Assembly: GCF_006345805.1 (NCBI RefSeq)
Contig: NC_043003.1
Span: 70,060,001-70,124,000 of the forward strand
Length of the DNA: 64,000 nucleotides
Origin: Octopus sinensis
Taxonomy: Eukaryota
Direction: 5' to 3'
A model generated the notes under the pieces. It was not told where the DNA came from and searched no databases. It saw nothing but the letters and a program-made list of their open reading frames with translations. Position numbers and translations under genes: made by a program. Numbering within the stretch: position 1 is the stretch's first letter; each line of letters starts with the position of its first letter. Shown here piece by piece: positions 12,201 through 24,003 of this stretch.

Positions 12201-15200
12201 GCTCCAAAAGACTTTTGTTGATTTTACATTCTGTTTCTATGTTTGGGTTTTCTTCCTCTAATTTGGTAAAACCCAACGATATGATAGAAGATACTTGCCC
12301 AAGGTATCACACAGAGGAATTGAACCCAGAACCTCATTGTGACGTGACTTTCTTAACCACTCAGCCATCATCATCATCATCACCATCATCATTTAACGTC
12401 CGCTTTCCATGCTGACATGGGTTAGACGGTTTGACTGAGGACTGGCAAGCCAGGAGGCTGAACCAGGCCCCAATCTGATCTGGCAGTGTTTCTACAGCTG
12501 GATGCCCTTCCTAACGCCAACCACTCTGAGAGTGTAGCAGGTGCTTTTTACGTGCCACTGGCTCAAGGGGCCAGAGGAGCTGGCATCGACCACGATCGGA
12601 TGGTGCTTTTTACATGCCACCAGCACAGAAGCCAGTCAAGGCAGCACTGATATCAGCCACGTTCAGATGGTGCTATTTATGTGCTACTGGCACAGGGCTC
12701 ACAACTACAAATTCTATTTGATTTGATATTGCTGATGTTGATGTACTTGACTCGGCATCGGCATCGGCCACCATGTTGGTATTATTTGTCCATTTGTTAA
12801 TTTATTTCAAAATATCAATTTTGTGTTTTTAAATATCTATTTTACAGTTTGTATAAAAATTATTTCATATCATTTCAAAAAACCAAAAACCCAAAAAAAA
12901 ACCACGTGTATTGACTCAACTGAATATCTTTGTTTTTTCTTTTTTTTCTTTGCAGATTTATCTGTAAAAACAATGGTGTGCTTTTTGAAAATGACCTTTT
13001 GCAAATTGGAGTTAAATCTGAATACAGATGTAACTTGTGCCGATTAGGAATGTTTTACGGAAACAAAACATCATTCCATTTCACAGCTTTCTCCGTTGAT
13101 ATAGAATGTTCAGATAGAATTAGCAGTCATATCCTTTTATTGGCATAGAACCGTATTTTGATGGCATAAAAGATGTACAGACATACTTGAGGCACCACAA
13201 TTTCAGTAGTGCATATTCAGGAGAAGACGTTTTTAGTACTTTAACTCTTTCATCACTACCACCACCATCATCATCATCATCATCATTATCATCATCATCA
13301 AATGTCCTCCTCCCATGTTGGCATGGGTTGGATGGTTTGACAGGAGCTGTCAAGCTGGAGAGCTGCATCAGGTTCCAATTGTCTCTTTTGGCATGGTTTC
13401 TGTAGTTGGATGCCCTTCCTAACATCAACCACTTTACAGAGTTTACTAGGTGCTTTTCACGTTGCACTGGCATCAGTGCTTTTTACATGGCCACCAGCAC
13501 AGCTACTTTTTATGTAGCACTAGCACGGGTGCTTTTTACATGGCACAGCACAGGTGCTTTATATGTGCCACAACCATATTCCTGTTGATATAAACTGCGT
13601 TTGTTTCAAATAATTTTGAAAAGAATGAATTTAATAAAATAACCTTTTTATTAGGATGCTGTTTGGAGCATAAATTAACATGAAATTTTGAGTTAAAGAA
13701 TGTAATATAGGCCCAACATTGCATATTGGGTGATTTCTTGAGACAGTTTTTGGAGGGGGACAAAAGTGCATCTTATGTGCCATCAAATACTGTAAATTAT
13801 TTTAACAAGTAATTTAAAAAAATTTACTTGAACTCTGTGTATTTTGGTATTTTGTCTGTTTGTCTTTTTCAATAGTTGTTGTATTTCCTTAACCTGTAGT
13901 ACAGTTGAATATACAACCAAAACCTGTTGGAACTGTAATAGAAGGTGGGGCTCAGGTCCAGCAGATATTCAACGTAGAATGTGTTGAAGAATTTACTGAA
14001 TCACCAATTGTTCACATAAAATTCATGTAAGTGGTAACTCAACTCACTTCAGAACCCTTCAAAGGGTAAAATGACAGCTTATAATAGTTGATGGTATCTG
14101 AAGTGAATTTAGTTTTAATGGGGGAAGTTTTTGTTCTGTATTGGGAGGATCATTATGCCAATAATAAACACTAGTTCTCCTTCACCTTCTTAGTTTTAAT
14201 TTGTCAATTGGTTAACTATTTAACCAAGTAATTCATTGATTGTTTGGTCAATCAGTCAATCAATCAATCAATCAGCTTGGTTTGTCAATGTCCCTTTTGT
14301 CACCATTCATGATCTCATCAGTACTATGCCCTCTTTCCACTGCAGATCTACTTCAGGTCACAGGAGAAACCTGCTTGATTGATCAAACAATTAATCAAAT
14401 CATTGATTGGTTAAATGGTTGACTAATAATAATAATAATAATGTTGAAACATCAAGAGGCTTCATCCTCAAGGCCTGCAAGTATTATTGTCAAATGGTTA
14501 ATACTTAATAATTACTGGTTAAAATGTATAAAAATAATTTAGTTACTTAATTATTCCACTGTTAAAGCAGATATTTTATCACTAACATAAGACAATGAAT
14601 ATTTAACTTAATAATGAATATATGGTATCCTACATACTAGGTTCAAGTCCTGTTCAAATCAACTTTAGCTTTTTAGTTTTCATAATTGATTAAAAAGAGT
14701 ACCAAGTGTCCTGGGTAGGACTTCAAACTGCATCCTGTAGTGAGGGCCCTGGTTTCAAAGTTCCAGGGTTTTGAGGAGTATGGAACCACTTCTTAGCTAC
14801 TGTTGTCCCCAGATCTACTCTGACCTGGAGTAGAAGCACTTGCCAGGCTCCCAGATATGGGTTAATTAGTATGTCATGGAATTATCTCCAAAAGAAGATC
14901 CCTGACAGACACCCCAAAAGACCCAAGGCAGAGGTCATTTAGCTCTTTAACAACTCATCTAAGAGAAGGTAACTCCATACAAATCTTGCATCCTGTTAAC
15001 TAGTGGGCTTGTGGAACTTGTTGTACTAGAGTTTTCTACATAATTCTATGTGTTGTATATGCACCTTTGATGAGTTGTAGTGTGCCTGAACACTATACAC
15101 AATAATTTCATCATCATCATCATTATTATTTAAAACGAGTTTGCAAGACGAAAGAGTGGGACCAGCTCTACTCAAATCTTACCCACTATAATAATATTCA

Positions 15201-18200
15201 TTACACAGGGTTCAACAAGGTGCAGCTGTAGAGTGTTCCTAGTATACTGTATTGTTGTTTGAAACCTACATCTGTCCCCAAGTCTGTGGAAAATGACCAT
15301 TGCCCTATGGCTGCCTGGGTACAGGGTCAAAGCTGATGATTTCAAGTGGAATCTATTCTACAGCTGCGCCTTGTTGAACCCTCCTTCATCATAGCAACAA
15401 GAGAGTCCAGTCATAATTTTAGTTCATTTACTCTCCATCTACAAATTTCTGTCCTTATGGCATTGTGATAAATTATTATAAATGACATTACCAATATGAT
15501 CACCATGAAAATGCCCAAAACAATTGTTCCTGAATATAATACCATTTCCTACTTCTCTGTTTCAGGTATAGTGGTGCTCAACAGAAAATCAGTTTAAAGT
15601 TACCTGTCACTCTAAACAAATTTATTGAATCAGTTGAAATGAATACCGAAGTATTCTTTGCTCGATGGAAAGCACTCAATAAGTGAGTAAACTATAAATT
15701 GATAAAGCAGAAAAGTTTGTTCAGTTGTCTAACATAAGCTTTGTCTTTCTACATCATCATCGTTTAACGTCTGTTTTCCATGCTGGCATGGGTTGGACAG
15801 TTTGACTGAGGTCTGGAGCTCCAATCTGATCTGCCAAGGTTTCTACTGCTGGATGCCCTTCCTAATGCCAACCACTCTGAGACTGTAGTGGGTGCTTTTT
15901 ATGTGCCACCAGCACAGGTGGCACTGGCATCTATCACATTTGGATAGTGCTTTTTATGTGCCACTGGCATAGGAATCAGTCAGTGGGTATTGGTATTGGC
16001 CACATTCACATGGTGTTTTTTACATGCTACTGGCATGGGAGCCAGTCAGGCGGATCTGTCATCGACCAGAATTGGATGGTGTTTTTTTTATGTTCCACTG
16101 GCACGATAGCCAATCAGGGGACACTGGCATCAACCATGTTCGAATGATGCAATTTACATGCCACCGGAATGGGAGCCATGCAAGATAAAGGGAAAATACA
16201 GTATAACTTTGTTGTTGTCTGCCTTTAACATTTCTAAAATTGACTATTCTCTGTAGGGGATTTGCTAGAGAAATTGCTCTACATAGTACTGTATTTTACT
16301 CTCCCAAAATTGACTTGCATTCCTTCATTTTTGGATCAAGATCATCATCAACATTATCTACCATCCATAAAAAACACCTGTGCTGGTGCCATTTAAAAAC
16401 ACCCATGCTGGTGCCGCATAAAAAATTACCTGTGTTGGTGCCATCTAAAAAGCACCGTATAAAACGCACTGGTACTGGTGCCATGTATAAAGCACCCAGT
16501 ATGCTCTGTGAATTATTTGGCACTAGGTAGGGTGGCAATGGAGCCTGGTGCAACTCTCTGGTTTGCCAGCTCCTGTCAAGTCGTCCAACCCATGCCCGCA
16601 TGGAAAACAGGCATTAACTGATGATGAATTTGAATTCCATACTGGCATCAGTTGGATAGTTTGACATGCTCCAGTGCATTCAAGGACTGCATCATGCCCC
16701 AGTGTCTTCTTTGGTATGGTTTCTATGGCTGGATGCCCTTTCTAATGCAAAATCAATTTATAATTCATGCTTTGTCTAAACATTATCCACTTTTTACTAA
16801 TATTCCTTGCTCTTATAATTGTTTTTCCTTCCTCTTGAATTCACATGTTATATATACATTGTGTGTATGTTTGTGTGTGTAGCAGACGATATTTAACCCA
16901 TTCCTTTTTAATTCCTGAAATTGAATCTATCTAGACAGGCTTCTAATGTGTTTCTTTCATATTTAGAACATGACTAATGGTGGAGTGGAGCATGTTGACC
17001 TTGGTCAAATACTATAAATTATCGTTGCATAATAATACATAAGATACATAATAACCAGTTGAGCATGTCCCTTGGTTCCTGACGATATGTGCATCTCTGG
17101 TCATGATTAGAAGTAGTAGGGGAGCATCATATCCATGTGTTGAGAGGAATTCTTTGGAGTTTGGGTAATTCACCTTTAGAAACATGGATGTTTCATTCAT
17201 CATCCTTAAACCAACCTTATTCAGGGACCTTTTAAACAGGATGGACTACTCAACCTGAACTAAATTCTCACTGGACCCTACCTGCAAGGTCATGCACTAT
17301 TTATCTTGGTATTAGGTCACCATGCTGCACACATACGGTTCTGATGCATGTACCTGGTGTACCCTTATCAGACGGGTAGTCATGATGAGCATATTGGGCT
17401 TCATATGTTTGTACCCCCGTGTCACTTTGAGGGGGTGTACTGCTCTCTCACTCAATAATGATAATAAGGCCTGCAATTTCAGGGAAGGGAGTAAGTTAAT
17501 TACATTGACCACAGTGTTCAACTGGTACTTATTTTATTGACCCCGAAAGGATGAAAGGTAAAGTCAACCTCAGCAGAATTTGAACCCAAAACACGAAGAC
17601 AGACGAAATACAGCTAAGCTAATGATTTTGCTAGCTTTCCTAATAATAATAATAATAGTAATAATAAAACCAGACAGTGGCTATCTGGTTTTACCAAGGG
17701 AACTTGGTAAACTGAATGTTCAGTGGTGTAGCCACTGGGGCAGTCTTTGGATGTCTCCCCACAAAAGTGTTGCCCAGGGCATATCCCCACCCTCCACTAC
17801 ACTTCTGAGAACATGCTACTGCTGCTACAACTCTTTTGCACTTATCCACTGGCTGCTCTCCAGAATTTTTCTATTTCGATCTCTCTTCCTTACTAAAATA
17901 TTTATTCCTACAAATCATAAACATTGACCCCCCCCCAAAAAAAAAACCATTGCTAATAAAAGTAAAAGGAGGCAACTTTAATCAATTATTTAATTAATTA
18001 ATTATCAATATCAATTTGGAGGATTTCACTTTTTTGTTGTTCTTTATTATAGTCCCCAGCAAGAATCCCAGAAGATATTCCAGGCTCAGAATCCAATGGA
18101 TGCAGAACAATCAAAGGCCAAGGTCAGGATCCTGTTGAATTCTTATATTTAATGACAAAAGAATTAATGAGATAACATGTTAAGTGTATGATCCGTTATG

Positions 18201-20079
18201 TTAATCACTTTGTATTGATTTTTCTAATTAGATTTTCTTCTTTTCTAAACATTTCAGATCCTTGGCTTCAACTTGAGTGTTTTAGAAGGCATTGATCCTA
18301 ATAAAGATAACTTTGTGTCAGCTGGTATCTTACACACCAAATCCCAGCAGATTGGTTGTTTAGTACGATTAGAACCCAACTTACAAGCTCAGGTATGAAA
18401 GGTTTATGTCTTATGCCTCATCACTACACTTATCATCATCATCATCATCATCATTTACTGTCTGTTTTCCATGCTGGCATGGGTTGGATGGTTTGACAGG
18501 AGCTGGAAAGCCAGAAGACTGCACCATATCATTATCTGTTTTGGCAAGGTTTCTGAAGCTGGATGCCCTTCCTAAAGCCAACCACTTTACAGTGTGTACT
18601 GGGTGGTTTTTGTGTGGCATCTGCTTTTTACGTGACACCAGCACAGGTGCTTTTTATGAGGCCCCAGTACAGATGCTCTTTACTACTTGGCACCAGTATG
18701 GGTACTTCTTACATGGCACCAGCATGTGTGCTTTCTATACAACAAGGAATCACTTGTTTGATTGACCAAATTCTTTACTCTTTGAATTTATGTATGAGTG
18801 GCTGACTATTCCAGAACCACTTATAATTCTCTGACAGAATCTCCATGACACAGTGTTTGATAAAGCTGTTACATTTGGCATGGGTTGCACTGTTTGGCTA
18901 GCGCTGGCAGATCATCCTTCCTAACACCAAAGTGTAACTGCTTTACAGAATACATAAGTACTTTAATCCCTCATCTCCTTGCATAAAGCCACCATCTCCC
19001 TTGGGGTTCATAGTCTTGTAAGCTGCATGGCAACCTCACTAGTGCTGGTCTTACAAAAAATAAAGCAACCTTTACATGCTGTAAAGTGGCTGGCATTAGA
19101 GGTGAGAGGTCGAGGCATAGAAACCATGCCAAAACAGACACTGGAGCATGGTGCAGTCCTGGATCCCATCAGATCCTGTCAACCCCCCCGATTCATGTTA
19201 GGCTGGAACATGTATGTTAAATGGTGAATATATATATATATATGAGTCCTCTCTGCTGAGTTGTTGGTGTTAGGAAGGACATTCAGCTGTAAAAATCCTA
19301 CCAAAACAGTCACAGAAATCCGGTGCTGGCTTCAGCTTGGCTGGCTCTTGTGGTACTGTCCCACCCATGCTAGTATGGAACATGGATGTTAAATGATGAT
19401 GATACACACACACTCTCACACCACAGAACCTCCCAAAACTAGAAACCGGTATCTAAACATTATCTGAGCCTAATTAGGTTACCTATGAAGAAAAACCAAA
19501 CAATACCAAAGTAAGCGATCCCTACAGACTATGAATCCACAAATACTTTCCACTTTACAAGATTGATGGACAATTGAGAATCACAAGGCTAAGATACATA
19601 TATACACACACTCTGTCCATCCTTAGTGAGGTCCCTTTTTTATTGACAATTGAAGTTGACCGTTGGACGAAAAAATTGAGAGACACTGCTGGACACCCAA
19701 ACTGTTTTTTCCTTTTTTTTTTTTTTTTTGAATGACTCATTCACTGTTCACTTTCTGCACATTATTCCATGTACTGTTCTATGCACTTTTGGCTACTTTT
19801 GCTGATGAGTTTTATTGCACTAGCCGAGCACTATATGCAATAAGTTCATCATCACCATCATCATCATCATCGTCATTATTATTATACTATGTAACACATT
19901 TCCTGACTTGAATAGAATCCGAATGATGTATGTTTTGTTGTGGTTGTTGTTATTATTATTATTATTATTATTGCTTTTTTTTAATGATTTTTGTTTTGCA
20001 GATGTATCGTTTGACCGTCAGAGCAAGTAAAGATACGGTGCCAAAGGCTATTGGGGACCTGTTGGCATTGCAGTTCTGA
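3179..20079 (+). CDS. AP2A: AP-2 complex subunit alpha (alpha-adaptin), 3' part; join(3179-3280,4388-4567,5451-5641,12956-13128,13903-14026,15566-15682,18053-18122,18258-18392,20002-20079); 5' exons lie upstream of the window
   Basis: The joined exons total 1170 nt (389 aa + TGA) with consistent phases. Recognisable alpha-adaptin motifs: [92 protein letters not shown]...LLALQF*. Confidence 0.98.
3421..3657 (+). mobile_element. RTE 3'-UTR-derived repeat (short truncated copies). Others at about 12366-12770(-), 13262-13570(-), 15752-16170(-), 16370-16630(+), 18432-18725(-), 19040-19405(+), 24028-24573(+), 28558-28635(-), 33420-33620(-), 40800-40965(+), 46345-46572(+), 50000-50170(-)
   Basis: Shared ggaagggcatccagctgtagaaac...ccaacccatgc(c/t)agcatggaa...gttaaa(c/t)gatgatgat tail, matching the 3' UTR of the RTE LINE at 6203-8089. 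Confidence 0.85.
4388..4567 (+). CDS. AP2A: AP2A exon ([16 protein letters not shown]...SSPPSSQ)
   Basis: aaaag acceptor, gtcagc donor, 180 bp, phase 0/0; conserved end-of-trunk motif. Confidence 0.93.
5451..5641 (+). CDS. AP2A: AP2A hinge exon ([16 protein letters not shown]...GADESFK)
   Basis: cccatttcag acceptor, gtacgt donor, 191 bp, phase 0/2; DLLGL and LLVDVF hinge motifs. Confidence 0.93.
6203..8089 (-). mobile_element. 5'-truncated RTE-clade LINE (C-terminal RT, PHD-like insert, long 3' UTR with VNTR, (GAT)n tail) in an AP2A intron
   Basis: [46 protein letters not shown] and [11 protein letters not shown] motifs, interrupted by single-base frameshifts. Confidence 0.95.
6376..6688. 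repeat. Five tandem 62-63 bp GC-rich units in the RTE 3' UTR
   Basis: tgtgccaccgacacaggtgccagacgaggctggcagacggccacgctcggatggtgttttt starting at 6376, 6438, 6501, 6563 and 6626. Confidence 0.95.
8200..11745 (-). mobile_element. Near-complete CR1-clade LINE (ORF1 3' part, APE endonuclease and RT, (TGAAA)n tail), frameshifted
   Basis: APE motifs ([15 protein letters not shown]) and RT motifs ([29 protein letters not shown]); C-terminal [10 protein letters not shown]; ORF1 CCCH-like C..SLRKKE..ENCKFMH. Confidence 0.95.
12956..13128 (+). CDS. AP2A: AP2A ear exon ([23 protein letters not shown]...CSDRISS)
   Basis: poly-T tgcag acceptor; ends at the U12-type donor ATATCCTTT; 173 bp, phase 2/1. Confidence 0.95.
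13129..13902 (+). other. U12-type (minor spliceosome) AT-AC intron of AP2A, 774 bp
   Basis: 5' ATATCCTTTT at 13129, branch site TTCCTTAAC at 13885-13893, terminal AC at 13901-13902. The junction gives in-frame SS-Q-LNIQ. Confidence 0.93.
13572..13795. mobile_element. Degenerate pogo/Tigger-like MITE inside the U12 intron
   Basis: Right end gtgcatcttatgtgccatcaaatactgta resembles a pogo-type TIR; the left end is only weakly matching. Confidence 0.35.
13903..14026 (+). CDS. AP2A: AP2A ear exon ([27 protein letters not shown]...HIKF)
   Basis: follows the AC acceptor; gtaagt donor; 124 bp, phase 1/2. Confidence 0.95.
15566..15682 (+). CDS. AP2A: AP2A exon ([19 protein letters not shown]...FFARWKALN)
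   Basis: ctgtttcag acceptor, gtgagt donor, 117 bp, phase 2/2. Confidence 0.96.
17500..17660 (-). mobile_element. tRNA-headed SINE, family S3. Other copies at about 3960-4090(-), 38262-38460(+), 38481-38690(+), 48360-48590(-), 48620-48760(-), 50510-50730(+), 60568-60785(+, least decayed)
   Basis: ggcggcgagctggcagaa...gagttcaaattccgccgaggt(t/c)gactttgcctttcatcctttcggggtcgataaattaagtaccag, often adjoining (ATT)n/(AAT)n. Confidence 0.8.
18053..18122 (+). CDS. AP2A: AP2A exon ([23 protein letters not shown])
   Basis: ttattatag acceptor, gtcagg donor, 70 bp, phase 2/0. Confidence 0.95.
18258..18392 (+). CDS. AP2A: AP2A exon ([23 protein letters not shown]...EPNLQAQ)
   Basis: catttcag acceptor, gtatga donor, 135 bp, phase 0/0. 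Confidence 0.96.
20002..20079 (+). CDS. AP2A: AP2A last coding exon ([25 protein letters not shown])
   Basis: ttttgcag acceptor; TGA at 20077-20079; C-terminus matches the alpha-adaptin pattern. Confidence 0.97.
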   Translation: MYRLTVRASKDTVPKAIGDLLALQF

Positions 20080-20995
20080 GTGGAGAAAGAATAAAGATAA
20101 TACTTTTGACATTAACATCATCTGTGAACTTTCTTCCTGGCAGATAAAGAGTTAATTAAATATATAAAATATCAAATGAAACAAGATTGCATACGACAGC
20201 ATTAACAAAACATGTTGTGATGAAAAAGAAAGGCAAAAATTAAAGAAAGAAAACCATACGGGAGAAAAAAAACATGAGGATGATCGATTCTTTCTTTAGA
20301 ATTAATAAATATGTGTCCAAAATTGTTAATTTTTATCTACCTTGCCATGTCCAGTGTAGTGTTTGACTGGTGTTCAGTACAATATGAGGAAGAGGAGACA
20401 ACTTGGCTTAAGTTTAGATGGAAAAAAAAAATGAATAAATGAATAAAAAAAAAAGTGGTAACTGAATTCAAAAGACAAACTAATGCTAGGCATCGAAATG
20501 GCAGGAGTGCATGGGGAAGAGAATCTAGATTTTAGATAATTACCAGCCAACAGTTTTAAACGTATTTGTGAATGGTTAAAAAAAAACAAAACAAAGAAAA
20601 ACAAATAAAAGCAGCAGCGTAAATAATAAACAAACAAGTTTAATACTTCTTTGAATGGAAAAACCAAAAGGAACTGTTGTTGACTGGTAGTGTGTTTCTT
20701 AGTTGACTTTGAGATGTTTTTTTTTTCAAGACCAACAAAAAAAAAAACTTTAAAAAAGAACAACAAAAAGTGAATAAAAAAAAGGAAGTCTAAATAATTC
20801 ACAATTCCATCATAAATACCAAAGCTCCAACTTTTCCTCTGAGTTAATGCTTTGTTCTACAAAAATAATGATGACTTCTCTCTCTCTCTCTTCTTTTGCA
20901 TTGTTTGCTGCTGCCTTTTCTCTTCTCTTCTCTGTCTCCCTCATTCCCCTCAACCATCTTAGTTTCTTTTATCTTTCTCTTACAGACATATATAT

Positions 20996-21060
<65 letters not shown>

Positions 21061-21069
21061 GTATTTATG

Positions 21070-21102
<33 letters not shown>

Positions 21103-21198
21103 TATATATGTATATGTATTTATGTGTGTGTATATATATATATATATATATGTATTTATATATGTATTTATATATATATATATATGTATATGTATTTA

Positions 21199-21229
<31 letters not shown>

Positions 21230-21249
21230 TATGTATTTATATATGTATT

Positions 21250-21291
<42 letters not shown>

Positions 21292-21311
21292 GTATATATA
21301 TATATATATAA

Positions 21312-21345
<34 letters not shown>

Positions 21346-23117
21346 GCATACGCACATACACATAGTAAGAGAGTCTGGTGCGAGTGCAAGTATGCGTATT
21401 GTGTGTTTTTAAACATTTAGCTCAGTCAACTGAAGCGTTCTACCTCTTTGCTTTCGTTTCCCTCAACATCTCCTTCATTTCCAAACGATTAAGAAGGTAC
21501 AAGATTGTTACGGTTGTGCACTTGGTGTATATAAATAGCTTGGCTAGTGTATTTACTGTTTACTAGTGGTTGATTATGTTTTCTTCGTTAGTGATATACT
21601 GATCAAACTTGCAAATTTAATTGACTAGATTAGTTAACTCTCCATTGGGTTTGATAATTTGTCGAGACGTAAATTCACTTTCAAGTGTGATAAATGTTGG
21701 TGAAGATGAAAGGTGGACATCTATTCGCAGGGTACGAGCTAATAGATGGAAAACATGGAGGTGGGGAATCTATGTACGAACCAATCATTAATGCCCTTTC
21801 TAGTTTGCTGTCATTGTCCCGCTTACGTGTTAGTGGGGTTAGAAAAAGGAGGCCCTAAGTTAAATTTCAAATTCTTGCGCCCTACATTCAATTATTTCCC
21901 AATCTTTTCCTTTCACATCCGTAATTGTCTTAGGTGTCTTAATGCAAATATTTTGCTGTCTCTGCTATTCTTAGGAAAAAAGGAAAAAAGAATAACTACA
22001 GCATTCAGCAATCTGCTGTTCTGAACAACAAATTAAACATATCACATAGAAACTGTGTGAAAAATATTGTTTCATTGATTCTTTTGCTATCGGTTTCTCA
22101 ATTGTTTCTTAGTTTTATATGTCATATCATCTGTATCCAGTCTTTCTGTCATTCTCTTTGGCAAAATCGTATTCATAGCAGTTAGCAATGTTACAATTCA
22201 AGTTTGTTTTCAAATGTTTCAATCAAAAAAAGGTAGACATAACACTTTCATTCTTGCTTAGTGCATATGTATGTGTGTGTGTTCAGGTTTGCATGAATAT
22301 GCACACATGATTATGCACATGCATTGGTTTAATGGTAGGTTGGCAATGGTGATACGAAAGATACTAAAGTTTTTTTTTTTTTGTAATTTTTTTTTTTTTT
22401 TTTTTTTTGTAATTTTGTAAAATTCCTTAAGACTATTTTTGCTTTGTTCGCAATGTTTGCAAAACGAATTGTTTTACTCGTTGCTAAATTGTCTCTTAAA
22501 ATTCAATATTACCACAATTCAAGTTAAAGGTGACTTGGTAACATTTTGTTCCTTCCTCATATATATATACACGTGTGTATGTGTGTGTATATATACATAT
22601 ATATGCATACGTGTGTGTATGTATGCATACATATATGTGTGTATATATAGACACATACATATGTATATATGTCTTTGTTTGTTCCTTCTCATTAATCTCC
22701 AATCAACAGTTTTCTGTTTTGAATCAATCAAAGCTGTTTGTTTAGGCTTCTGTTTTGTTCTGCAAATTCTTCACCTCCTCGGGGTGTGATCCCCTTCCCC
22801 AAAAAACCCACCCACCCACCTATCTACCTACCCACCCACTTACATGACCCCTTGCCCCCATTCCCCCTTCCTTCTCTCCTCCGTTGCATCACTTGTTTAT
22901 TTCTGAACTAAAGTGACCTCTGAAAAAAAATAATTACTGAATGGATAAAAAAAAAAAGAAGAAAAGAAAAAAAAATATAAAACAAAGGAACACAGAAAAC
23001 AAACATAAAAGACATGGCATACACACACACACATGCACACTTACAAGCATGCACACACTCACATGCACACATACAAACACACATGCACATTTATATATCT
23101 ACACGCAAACATACGTA

Positions 23118-23148
<31 letters not shown>

Positions 23149-23170
23149 GCGACACATACATATATATACA

Positions 23171-23202
<32 letters not shown>

Positions 23203-23260
23203 AATATATATATAAATATATATCTTATGAATGAATAAAGTTGTTAATTTGTAATGAGTT
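20080..23260 (+). other. Putative AP2A 3' UTR (extent uncertain)
   Basis: A-rich sequence after the stop with several AATAAA hexamers (e.g. 20090 and 23234); the true cleavage site cannot be determined from sequence. Confidence 0.4.
20990..21345. repeat. (TA)n/(TATG)n microsatellite
   Basis: Direct reading; source of the spurious YI/IY ORFs. Confidence 0.95.
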
Positions 23261-23803
23261 GCTGTGCATGATGCTGTTTTATTTAGAAAAGTGTGAAAAC
23301 ACAGTTGAATTAATGATTGTTTTGTTGTGGTTGTTATTGTTATTGTTGTTGTTATTCAATATATAAATATCAATAGTTTTATAGACTTCCTATACTGCAA
23401 CACTGTTAGATTTGTACCAGAACCGGGTCTGCTTGGGCTCTTGATGTAAACCATGTGGAACATGAAGATAAAACTGAAATAATATCTCCTTTTTCTTCCT
23501 CTTCTTCTCCTCATTCTGTATTCCCCCCTGCCCCCACACACCACCTCTCTATCTTTCTTTCTTTCTCTGTTTGTCTATCAGTCTTTATACACACACACAC
23601 ATATTGAATACTGTTTAGTTGTAAAAAGGACACCCAAATGTCCTGAATCCATGCCAGGGATACTGTGAGCCCTTTCCACCCCTTTTCAGCATGGAAATAT
23701 TAACGTAAAACAATGGTGATAATACAGTTCTATATTTAAGAGATGAGGAATTATGTACATTATTTACATTTGACAGATATTTGTCCTCATCTTGTTTGTT
23801 GTT

Positions 23804-23849
23804 AACACAATGTTTCGGCTGATATACCCTCCAGCCTTCATCAGGTGTC
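23804..23849 (-). ncRNA. Minimal type I hammerhead ribozyme motif (best-preserved copy)
   Basis: GACAC CTGATGA A GGCTG-gagggtatat-CAGCC GAAA CATT GTGTT: intact core, 5-bp stem II, stem I GACAC/GTGTT; the stem III palindrome has decayed ACGT>ACAT. Confidence 0.75.
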
Positions 23850-23932
23850 TTGGGGAAATTTTGAACCTAGGTTCTCATTCCTAAAGTATTTTTCGATGTT
23901 ATTATTATTATTCAGGTCACTGCCTGGAATCA

Positions 23933-24003
23933 GGCATATGGCATAGTGGTTAAGAGCATGGGCTACTAACCCCAAGATTCCAAGTTCGATTCCAGGCAAT
24001 GCC
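23933..24003 (+). promoter_or_regulatory. tRNA-derived Pol III head (A box 23939-23949, B box 23984-23993); not a functional tRNA
   Basis: TGGCATAGTGG and GTTCGATTCC at tRNA-like spacing, GGCAT/ATGCC ends, imperfect arms. Confidence 0.7.

Noticed and set aside
19800-19855. ctgatgag...tcatc hairpin (related copy at about 15065-15120) as a hammerhead or SECIS
   Set aside because: No GAAA half-core and no GA quartet; it looks like the 3' stem-loop of an old retroposon ending in (CAT)n.
23933-24003. Functional tRNA gene (also the SINE heads at 41330-41404 and 47540-47611)
   Set aside because: Arms pair poorly and the sequence continues into repeat bodies; these are tRNA-derived heads.
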